Below are positions 26,949 through 34,405 of a stretch of 46,767 bases of DNA, piece after piece; the stretch's first letter is position 1; the number at the start of each line of letters is the position of its first letter. Origin of the DNA: Candidatus Tumulicola sp. (GTDB taxonomy: Bacteria > Vulcanimicrobiota > Vulcanimicrobiia > Vulcanimicrobiales > Vulcanimicrobiaceae); contig JBDTDR010000139.1 in the NCBI GenBank assembly GCA_039922955.1, positions 1 through 46,767 of the forward strand, given 5' to 3'. The position numbers and the translations under genes are program-made. A model generated the notes under the pieces. The model saw only the letters and a list, made by a program, of their open reading frames with translations. It was not told the origin of the DNA and made no database searches.

Positions 26949-27455
26949 ATGGACTTTCCGAAATTTCAGCGATTGGTCGAAGAACGCGCGGGGTTCCGCA
27001 CGATGGAGAACCCAACCGCCAGCGGTGAGTATTTCAGCGACTCCTGCGGCGACATGTACAACTTTTTCCTTAAGGTCGGGCCCGGAGCGGTCATCGAGGA
27101 CATCTCATATTTCACGACAGGGTGTGGATTTGGGACCGCCACCTGCAGCCTGGTCGTCGATCTTGCAAGGGGCAAGACGATCGACGCCGCCGCCGATATC
27201 TCGTCGGGCGAGGTGGAGTCGCAGCTCGGCGGTTACCCCGAGAAGAAGAAAGATTACCCGGAGCGCGCTCTCGAAGCGCTACACGTAGCGATCGACGACT
27301 ACCGCGCCAAGGTTGCCGACGGGAAAGTTCCCGACTACGCCGCAATGCCGGCGCCGAAGCAACCCGCGCAACCCACCGTCGCGGTAACGCCGACATCGCC
27401 GGAGTCCGGCAACGGCACGGCAGCCGGCGCCAAGCTGCTCATCCAGCTGCACTAG
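26949..27455 (+). CDS. NifU-N/IscU-like Fe-S scaffold domain protein with a Pro/Ala-rich tail
   Basis: Cys pattern SDSCGDMY...TTGCGFGTATCS resembles the IscU/NifU N-domain ligands. Starts 7 nt after the sufR stop. Confidence 0.65.
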   Translation: MDFPKFQRLVEERAGFRTMENPTASGEYFSDSCGDMYNFFLKVGPGAVIEDISYFTTGCGFGTATCSLVVDLARGKTIDAAADISSGEVESQLGGYPEKKKDYPERALEALHVAIDDYRAKVADGKVPDYAAMPAPKQPAQPTVAVTPTSPESGNGTAAGAKLLIQLH

Positions 27456-27487
27456 CCGCGCCTTTCGGCGCTCCGCGCAGGACGGCG

Positions 27488-28057
27488 TTAGCGCAGCGCG
27501 TCTTGAGAAAGCAGCGCGTAACGCGAGGTGTTTTTGTCTGGATCGACGATCGATTCGAAAAGCGAAAGGGCCGCGATTTCAAGCCGAATCGGCGCGATTT
27601 CGAGCATGGGCAGCGGCCGCTTCGATTCTTTAACCCGAGCGATGGTGACGTGGGCAACGCAATCGTCTTTGAACGTAAAGCCGCGGCTACGGTAGACGTT
27701 TCGCACGGTCTCGGCAAGCGCGTGAAAAGCCGGGCCGCCGGCACGCGCGCCGACGTATACGACGCGCGGCCGGCGCGCATGCGGAAAGGCGTCGAGCTTG
27801 TCGAGCACGATGCCGAACCGCGAACACCGCGCGGCGGCGTCGCCTAAAGCGACCGCAGATTCGTTGCAGTGCGGCGCCGCAACGTTGCCTAAAAAGGCGA
27901 GCGTCAGGTGCAGCTTCGCGGGATCTTCGTAGATCGCGGCAAATCCGGCGGCGCGCAGACGCTGCGCGACGGCCGCGCATGTAGCTCGCACCGCAGCGTC
28001 GAGGGCGATCCCGACGAAGAGGCGGCGGGCTGCGGTTGCCTTTGAAGACGCACTCAC
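27488..28057 (-). CDS. thpR: RNA 2',3'-cyclic phosphodiesterase (2H phosphoesterase, ThpR/LigT)
   Basis: Two HxTx motifs (LHLTLAFLG and AHVTIARV). 189 aa. Confidence 0.8.
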   Translation of the reverse strand: MSASSKATAARRLFVGIALDAAVRATCAAVAQRLRAAGFAAIYEDPAKLHLTLAFLGNVAAPHCNESAVALGDAAARCSRFGIVLDKLDAFPHARRPRVVYVGARAGGPAFHALAETVRNVYRSRGFTFKDDCVAHVTIARVKESKRPLPMLEIAPIRLEIAALSLFESIVDPDKNTSRYALLSQDALR

Positions 28058-28701
28058 ACGAGGTACGGATTCGAGCGGCGCTCGATCCCGATCGTCGTAA
28101 ACGGTCCGTGCCCGGGAATGACCGGCGTTGCGTCGTGGTAGTCCAGTAACTTCGCGCGGATCGACCCAACGATGTCTTCCATCGACGTTCCACCGAGGTC
28201 CCAGCGCCCGATCGAGCCCGCAAAGAGCGTGTCGCCGGTGAGAAGCGTCGTCGGCGCGGCGTCATCGCCGCCGACATCGACGGCGAAACAGACGCTTCCG
28301 GGCGTGTGCCCAGGCGTGTGCAAAACGTTCAGTCGCACCGTGCCGGCTCGCAGGACGTCGCCGTCGCGGAGGTCGCCGTCGAGCGCCACCACCGGCGGCG
28401 CGTGTGCGAGCCCGATCCAGCGAGCCTGCATTGCCAGCGTGTGGTAGAGCGGCAGATCGTCGGGATGGAGCAAAGCGCGGCCGCCGGTGATCTCGCGCAG
28501 GCGGCCGAGGTCGGCGATGTGGTCGATGTGGGCGTGGGTGTGAACGAGCAGCTTGGCGCGCAGGCCAAGCGTTGCCAGGCGCCGCCCGACTTCGTCGACG
28601 CCGTCGCCGCCGTCGACGACGATCGCGTCACCGCTGGCCGGGTCGCCAGCAATCGTGCAGTTGCATCCGAGCGATCCCACCGCAAACGTTTCGAGAATCA
28701 A
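28054..28701 (-). CDS. MBL-fold hydrolase, glyoxalase-II-like
   Basis: VHTHAHIDHIADL and HTPGHTPGS motifs. 215 aa. TTGA/GTGA overlaps with both neighbours. Confidence 0.8.
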   Translation of the reverse strand: MILETFAVGSLGCNCTIAGDPASGDAIVVDGGDGVDEVGRRLATLGLRAKLLVHTHAHIDHIADLGRLREITGGRALLHPDDLPLYHTLAMQARWIGLAHAPPVVALDGDLRDGDVLRAGTVRLNVLHTPGHTPGSVCFAVDVGGDDAAPTTLLTGDTLFAGSIGRWDLGGTSMEDIVGSIRAKLLDYHDATPVIPGHGPFTTIGIERRSNPYLV

Positions 28702-29180
28702 TCGACGGAAATCCCGAAGTCATGGTAGCCGCCGCTGAAATAGCCGAGCGGCGATCCGCTGCGGGCGCCGCACGAAACGACGCTGCCGATGAAAATCGAG
28801 TGCGAGCCGACGTGATGCTCTTCCATCACCTCGCAATCGAAGTGGGCGATGGCGCCGGCTAGGACGGGCGCGCCGGTGGCTGCGACCGCGTAGGCGATTT
28901 CGTCGAACTGCCGCTCGCGAACTTTTCCGGCGAAGCGCTCCGCCAGATCGCGCTGTTCGCTTGCCAGGACGTTCACGCAAAAAATCCGCGAGCTCGAAAT
29001 GTAGAGATAGCTGCGCGCCTCGCGGTTTACGCAAATCAGAACGGCCGGCGGCTCGACGGAGACGCTTGCAAACGAGTTGAGCGTCAGGCCGCGCGGCTCG
29101 CCGTCTTTCAAACTGGTAACGATGGTGACCCCGGTCGGGACGTGGCGCATCGCGTGTTTGAACGACGAGGCCGACGTCAT
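28698..29180 (-). CDS. Flavin reductase-like (FMN-binding split-barrel) protein
   Basis: FKHAMRHVPTGVTIVTS...GLTLNSFASVSVEPPAVLICV pattern. ATG 29180 overlaps the upstream stop (ATGA). Confidence 0.8.
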   Translation of the reverse strand: MTSASSFKHAMRHVPTGVTIVTSLKDGEPRGLTLNSFASVSVEPPAVLICVNREARSYLYISSSRIFCVNVLASEQRDLAERFAGKVRERQFDEIAYAVAATGAPVLAGAIAHFDCEVMEEHHVGSHSIFIGSVVSCGARSGSPLGYFSGGYHDFGISVD

Positions 29181-29809
29181 CGCTTGCGGGCGCCGACGCC
29201 CGTGCCGCTTCCGAGCGGCAGGATCGTTGCGTCCAAGTCGGGATGTTCGAGAAAATAGCGATCGAAATCGCGCATCGCGCAAAGCGTTGGATCGTCGTCG
29301 CGATCGGGCGCGTCGGAGGCGACGCGTCCGGCCAGGAGGCAGTCGTCGACGATGACGAGCCCGGAGAGTTTCAGCATCGGAACGACGAGGTCGAGATACG
29401 CGCGGTACTCACCGGCGTTGGCGTCGACGAACACGATGTCGAGGTTGCGATGAGGAAAGTTTTCGAGCAGCTCCAGCGCGGGCGTGTTGAAGATTTCGAT
29501 GTAATCGTCTTCCCCGGCCCGTTTGAAAAAGGAGAGAGCGACGTCGCTGCGCTGCGTGTCGGGTTCGATCGTCCAGATCTTCCCCATCCGCGGTTGGGCG
29601 AACGCCATCCAGAGCGTCGAGTAGCCGTACCCCGTTCCGACTTCGAGAATGCGGTTTGCCTGCATGGCGTGAACGAGCGTAGAGAGCAAGCGCCCAGTCT
29701 CGCGGGAAACGACCTCGATGCCGTCTTTCCGACCCTGCCGCTCGAGTTCCAGCAGAAGCGGATGCGGGGCCGGATGCGCCCCCTCGAGAAAGCGCAAAAT
29801 CTGCTCCAT
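29177..29809 (-). CDS. Class I SAM-dependent O-methyltransferase (caffeoyl-CoA OMT-like family 3)
   Basis: ILEVGTGYGYSTLWMA motif I and DIVFVDANAGEY. 210 aa from ATG 29809. Confidence 0.8.
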   Translation of the reverse strand: MEQILRFLEGAHPAPHPLLLELERQGRKDGIEVVSRETGRLLSTLVHAMQANRILEVGTGYGYSTLWMAFAQPRMGKIWTIEPDTQRSDVALSFFKRAGEDDYIEIFNTPALELLENFPHRNLDIVFVDANAGEYRAYLDLVVPMLKLSGLVIVDDCLLAGRVASDAPDRDDDPTLCAMRDFDRYFLEHPDLDATILPLGSGTGVGARKR

Positions 29810-29863
29810 CGAGCCATTTGTTGGCCGGGAACCACGGCCGACCTGCCCGAAGTGACGCTCCTT

Positions 29864-30583
29864 ATGTCCAGGCGCCTGCGTCTCTTCCCGCTCAATGCGG
29901 TGCTCTTTCCGGGGGCCGCGCTGAACTTGCACATCTTCGAAGCGCGTTACAAGCAAATGATCAACGAATGCTTGGAATGCGGCGAAGGTTTCGGGGTAGC
30001 GTTGATTGCCGAGGGCGCCGAGGCCGGCGATCCCAACGTCACCCCGCACGACATCGGGTCGATCGCGGAGATCCTCGACGTGCGGCCGTTGCCGTTTGGG
30101 CGGTACTTCATTTCGACGGTCGGACGCGAGCGGTTTAAGATTACCCACATCGTTGCGCGCGAGCCGTACTTGGTCGTCGAAGCCGACGTTCTCGAAGAAC
30201 AAGACGTCGCGGCCGAGGACGGTGAAACGGGAACCCTATGCGAGCGCGTCCGCGCGCTCTTCGTGGAGTATCTGGCGATCATCGTCGAGTTTTCGGGCGA
30301 GGAATCGGCGGTCGATCTCCCGGAAGACGCGCAGCGCGCCTCGTTCCTCATCGGGGATACGCTGCAGCTTGCCGAGGCGGTGAAGCAGCGGTTGCTCGAG
30401 TTCGATACGACCAAACAGCGGCTGGCGGCCGAGTTCGAGTTCCTCCAGGGCCTGCTGCCGCAGTTTCGGCGCCTGCTCGAGCGGCGCCGCACGGAATTAG
30501 AAACGCGCCGCGCACGCGGCGAAGAACCATCCTATCGTCCGGATCAGGAAAAATTCTTCGGGAAGTATTTCTCGCTCAACTAG
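29864..30583 (+). CDS. LON N-terminal substrate-binding domain protein with no ATPase or protease domain
   Basis: LRLFPLNAVLFPGAALNLHIFEARYKQMI is the canonical start of the Lon N domain. 239 aa. Confidence 0.8.
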   Translation: MSRRLRLFPLNAVLFPGAALNLHIFEARYKQMINECLECGEGFGVALIAEGAEAGDPNVTPHDIGSIAEILDVRPLPFGRYFISTVGRERFKITHIVAREPYLVVEADVLEEQDVAAEDGETGTLCERVRALFVEYLAIIVEFSGEESAVDLPEDAQRASFLIGDTLQLAEAVKQRLLEFDTTKQRLAAEFEFLQGLLPQFRRLLERRRTELETRRARGEEPSYRPDQEKFFGKYFSLN

Positions 30584-30602
30584 GAGTTAGTCAGGCAAAC
30601 TC

Positions 30603-31460
30603 CTAGCGCTTCATGCGTTCGGCGCTTTTTACGACGTTGCGCAGCAAAGCGACGTTGGTCACCGGCCCGACGCCGCCGGGAACCGGCGTGATCGCACCGG
30701 CAACGCGTACGGCGCTTTCGAAGTCGACGTCGCCTTTGAGCACGCCGTCAACGATCGTGGTGCCGACGTCGATGACGGTCGCGCCGGGCATCAAATCGTC
30801 GCCGCGGATCAGGCCGGGCACGCCGGTTGCGGCCACGACGACGTCGGCCGCTTTGAGGAACGGCCGCAAATTCCCCGACTCCTTGTGCAGCACCGTAACG
30901 GTCGCGTCGTGCGCGAGCATGAGCAGCGCGACCGGCGCGCCCACGACGATCGAACGCCCGACCATCGCGGCCCGTTTTCCGCGCAGCGGCCAGTGCGGGC
31001 TGCGTTCGAGCAGCAGCATCACCGCCGCTGGGGTCGCAGGCACGAACTCGGTGCCGCGGCCGAAGGCCAGATGTCCCTGATTCATCGGATGGGCGCCGTC
31101 CACGTCCTTGTGGGCCGGGATCGCGTCGGCGATCTCGCGGATCGACACGTGTGATGGGAGGGGTTGCTGGAGCATGACCCCGTGAACCGACGGATCGTCA
31201 CGAAGGCGTTCGAGTCGCTCCCGGATGGCGGCGAGCGGCGCGTCTTGCGGCAACCGGTCCACGCCGACAGCGACGCCGGCGCGCTCGCCGGTCTTCGCGA
31301 GATTCCGCACGTAGGCGCGGCTCGATTCGTTCTCGCCGACGAAAACGATGACGAGTTTGGGATGAATCCCGGCGTCGCGTAGCGCACTCGTACGCGCGAG
31401 GAGTTCGGCGCGCAGGTCGGCAGCCAGCGCTTTCCCGTCGAGAATCAGTGCGTCGGGCAC
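30603..31460 (-). CDS. folD: Bifunctional methylenetetrahydrofolate dehydrogenase/cyclohydrolase FolD
   Basis: ILDGKALA, VGENESSRAYVRN, VMLQQPLP, VGRSIVVGAPVA and PVPGGVGPVT. Confidence 0.9.
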   Translation of the reverse strand: MPDALILDGKALAADLRAELLARTSALRDAGIHPKLVIVFVGENESSRAYVRNLAKTGERAGVAVGVDRLPQDAPLAAIRERLERLRDDPSVHGVMLQQPLPSHVSIREIADAIPAHKDVDGAHPMNQGHLAFGRGTEFVPATPAAVMLLLERSPHWPLRGKRAAMVGRSIVVGAPVALLMLAHDATVTVLHKESGNLRPFLKAADVVVAATGVPGLIRGDDLMPGATVIDVGTTIVDGVLKGDVDFESAVRVAGAITPVPGGVGPVTNVALLRNVVKSAERMKR

Positions 31461-31497
31461 GCCGTCGCCGTTTCGTCCGCCGAAGGAGGCTTACCCC

Positions 31498-31782
31498 CTG
31501 GAACGCGTCCGTCGCGAGATTCGACTCGACCCGCGATTCGCGCCCGACGACTTCGAGCGCGCGTTCGATAGTTTCGTGCAAACGTATAACGTTCCGCCGA
31601 ACGTCGCACGCTGCACTCCCGAGGTGCTGGATCGCTATTGTCTTCTCTTCGAGCGCCTCGACGACGCGGCCCGGCGCCGCGAGGTGCGCTTTCGCGGCGT
31701 GCCGATTTTTGCCGCGGTGCTTCCCAACGGCACGATCGTCTTCGAAGGCGAAGTCGACGAAGATCGCATGGGGGACTGGTAG
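31498..31782 (+). CDS. Small hypothetical protein; the ORF-track version starts at GTG 31576, with a possible CTG start at 31498
   Basis: The frame is open from 31366. GAAGGAGG ends 8 nt before CTG 31498. The stretch between CTG and GTG shows coding-like third-position GC by hand count. Confidence 0.45.
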   Translation: MERVRREIRLDPRFAPDDFERAFDSFVQTYNVPPNVARCTPEVLDRYCLLFERLDDAARRREVRFRGVPIFAAVLPNGTIVFEGEVDEDRMGDW

Positions 31783-31803
31783 TTTGCAACGTATGGTAGC
31801 TCG

Positions 31804-32334
31804 GTGAGTCGCCCCGTCGTCTGGCTTCTCGTCGGGCTGGCGGCGGTTATCGCGGGTGCGATCGTGGCTCCGTTTTTTCTCTCGTCGCCGACGACGCGCC
31901 CGGCCGGACCCGCCGGCTTGGCCGGCGAACCGGCTCCGGCTTTTCCCTTGCGGGACGACTTGGGCGCGCCGGCATCGCTCGCCCAACTTCGCGGAAAAGT
32001 CGTCGTGATGAATTTGTGGGCGTCGTGGTGCCCGCCGTGTCGCGCGGAGATGCCCGAGTTGCAGCGCCTGGCCGACGCCTACGGAAAGCGCGGCGTCGCG
32101 GTCGTCGGGGTCAATCAAGGCGAATCGGCGGAACGCGCCCGCGCGTTCGCGCAAGCACTGCACATCCGCTTTCCGATTTGGATCGACGACCGTCAGCAGT
32201 ACGGGCGCGTCTATACGGCCCTCGGGCTTCCGACGACGGTCGTCATCGGACGCGACGGTATCGTCATTCGCGGGTTCGACGGCGCGCTGACGTTCGAGCA
32301 GATGCGCGCGGCGATTGCAGGCACGGCGCATTGA
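31804..32334 (+). CDS. TlpA/ResA-like membrane-anchored thiol-disulfide oxidoreductase
   Basis: N-terminal TM segment and NLWASWCPPCRAEMPEL (CxxC thioredoxin fold). Confidence 0.85.
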   Translation: MSRPVVWLLVGLAAVIAGAIVAPFFLSSPTTRPAGPAGLAGEPAPAFPLRDDLGAPASLAQLRGKVVVMNLWASWCPPCRAEMPELQRLADAYGKRGVAVVGVNQGESAERARAFAQALHIRFPIWIDDRQQYGRVYTALGLPTTVVIGRDGIVIRGFDGALTFEQMRAAIAGTAH

Positions 32335-32338
32335 TGCG

Positions 32339-33301
32339 ATGAAATCCGCACCGACGCTTTTCATCGCGGTTGCGCTGGCCGTCGTGGCGGCGACCGTCGC
32401 CGAAATCGTGTTTCCGGGGCGCGACGTGTATCATTCGGGCTGGTTTAACGTCTCGCTGATCGCGCTGGCCGTCGTGACGGCGCTTGCGTCGCGCGGGCAG
32501 TTCGTTCGAGCCCGTTCCAACCGCGCGCGCATCGGCGCGATCGCGATCGCCTTCGGAACGGCCGTTGCCGGCGTGGCCGGAGCCGCGAGCGGACTGCTCG
32601 CGCCCGACAACGCGACCGTCGTGGGCGCGCCCGGACAACGCGTGCGGGTCGGCGATCTCGGCGGTACGCTCGACTTTCCGCTCGCCGGGACCGCCGGTAT
32701 GAACTCCGTCACCTCCGATGGCGCCGCGGTGGTTCTCAATCGGCCCGGGCACCGGCCGCTGCGGATCGGCGAGCGCGGCAGCAATGCCGGAAGCTTCATA
32801 TTACGGAGTAGGCCGCGGCAAGTCGTGTACGTCGAAGCGCGCGATTCGCAGGGCGGGCGTTTGACGGTCACGCAGCCGTCGGGGGCGTCGTTCCTCTCAC
32901 CGGTGCTGTTGATGCAGCAGAGTCAAACGATTGCGGGTTTGGCGTTGCCGTTCGATTCATTTGCGGTTCCGGCCGCGCACCGGATCGTCAAAGCCGTGCT
33001 CTTCACGGCGCAGGAGGCGGCCACGCTGCGCGGCATGGAAGGCACCGCCGCCGCGCCGGCCGTGCTCTTCGCGGTCGATGACGAGAACGACCGGCCGCTG
33101 CCGCATGCGATCGCCGCGGCCCGCGACGGCGCGACGGTCGGCGCCGGTGGTTTACTGCTGCACGCCACGGTGCTTGCGTATCCCGCCGTCGAAGTCATCG
33201 CCGTGCCGGCGCTGGCTGCCGTCGTCGCGGGCGCGCTGCTCGTGCTGGCGGGCCTCATCGCGAAAGGAGTCGACGACCACGATGCCACCGCTCGATCCTG
33301 A
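32339..33301 (+). CDS. Membrane protein, tentatively a short ResB/Ccs1-like protein
   Basis: N-terminal TM segments with VYHSGWFNVSLIALAVV (resembles the ResB N-terminal motif), a large soluble middle, a C-terminal TM segment, and position directly after the TlpA-like gene. Confidence 0.45.
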   Translation: MKSAPTLFIAVALAVVAATVAEIVFPGRDVYHSGWFNVSLIALAVVTALASRGQFVRARSNRARIGAIAIAFGTAVAGVAGAASGLLAPDNATVVGAPGQRVRVGDLGGTLDFPLAGTAGMNSVTSDGAAVVLNRPGHRPLRIGERGSNAGSFILRSRPRQVVYVEARDSQGGRLTVTQPSGASFLSPVLLMQQSQTIAGLALPFDSFAVPAAHRIVKAVLFTAQEAATLRGMEGTAAAPAVLFAVDDENDRPLPHAIAAARDGATVGAGGLLLHATVLAYPAVEVIAVPALAAVVAGALLVLAGLIAKGVDDHDATARS

Positions 33302-34218
33302 CGTCGCCCGTCTCATCGCCACGATCGAAAAACCCGGCTACGCCGCGGGTCGAACTGCTGGATGTCGCCGATATGCGCGCGTCAGCGGCGCTGATGTCCT
33401 CGCGGATGGGCGATCCAGAGCCGGTCGCGCGCGTGCGCCACGTCGCGATTCCCGGCCCGGACGGCATCGTCATGGCGCGCGCCTACTATCCGTCCGAGCG
33501 AACGAATCTTCCGCTGCTGGTGTATTTCCATGGCGGTGGCTGGGTGTTCGGGTCGGTGCAAAACGTCGACGTGCCGTGCCGCGAACTCGCCAACGCATCG
33601 GGTTGGATCGTGCTCGCCGCCCAATATCGGCTTGCGCCTGAAGCGCGCTTTCCGGCTGCCGTGCTAGACGCACACGCCGTGCTCGCGTGGATCTTGGCGC
33701 ACGCGCCATCGCTCGACGCCGATCCGCACCACGTCGCGGTCGGCGGCGACAGCGCGGGTGCAAATCTGGCCGTCGCCGCAACCCTCTTGGCCCGCGACCG
33801 CGGCGAAGCGCTGCCCCGGCATCAGCTCCTGATGTATCCGGTGCTCGATCCCAGTCTCGAAGGCGCGTCGTACCGCGAGTTTTCCGATGGGTATCTGCTC
33901 TCGCGTGCCTCCGTCATCCGCGACTGGTCGCTGTACCTCCGCGACGATCTCGACCGAGCCAATCCTTACGCCGCTCCGCTGCAGGCTCGAACGCTGCGCG
34001 CCATGCCGTCGGCGACGATTTTCACGGCGCAGTGCGATCCGGTGCGCGATGACGGCGCGGCATACGCGCGGCGCCTCCGCGACGACGGCGTCGACGTCGA
34101 GTACCGCTGCTTCGACGGCCTCGTTCACGCGGCGTTTCAGATGGCCAACGTCAGTCCGCGCGCGCGCGAGTTCTTGCGTGCTGCGGCGGAGGCGTTGAAG
34201 CGGGTCGGAGGTTCTTGA
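33282..34218 (+). pseudogene. Alpha/beta-hydrolase esterase/lipase (HSL family) with an apparent +1 frame disruption near 33328-33332; the intact ORF runs from ATG 33373
   Basis: HGGGW oxyanion motif, GDSAGANLA nucleophile elbow, and C-terminal D...H. The typical N-terminus MPPLDPDVARLIATIEK is encoded from ATG 33282 in the neighbouring frame. Confidence 0.7.
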
Positions 34219-34292
34219 TGTAGGCAAGCGCCGCCCGTAGCCGCTGTCGTTAGGCGCTCACGAGCCGATGCCGAACGCGATCCGATGCTGGC

Positions 34293-34375
34293 GGTGGGGT
34301 GGGAGTACACTCCCGCCGGGGGGCCTCTGGACGAGGAGCGGAGCCAGGATGGCGGGAGCGTACTCCCACCCCACC
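34293..34375. repeat. Long imperfect inverted repeat (25-nt arms, 33-nt spacer) in a convergent intergenic region
   Basis: The left arm is ggtggggtgggagtacactcccgcc (34293-34317). The reverse complement of 34351-34375 is ggtggggtgggagtacgctcccgcc, so there is 1 mismatch. Each arm also contains its own small palindrome (gggagt..actccc). Confidence 0.85.
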
Positions 34376-34405
34376 GACGCGGGCGCGCAGCGCGGCGCCG
34401 CGGCG

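Noticed and set aside
27458-27471. Small hairpin gcgcc-tttc-ggcgc after the NifU-like gene as a terminator
   Set aside because: The stem is only 5 bp and there is no T-tract, so it is not distinguishable from chance in GC-rich DNA.
31198-32364. 388-aa minus-strand ORF across folD and the TlpA-like region
   Set aside because: It is Arg-rich nonsense. It is out of frame with folD and antisense to the well-supported TlpA-like gene.
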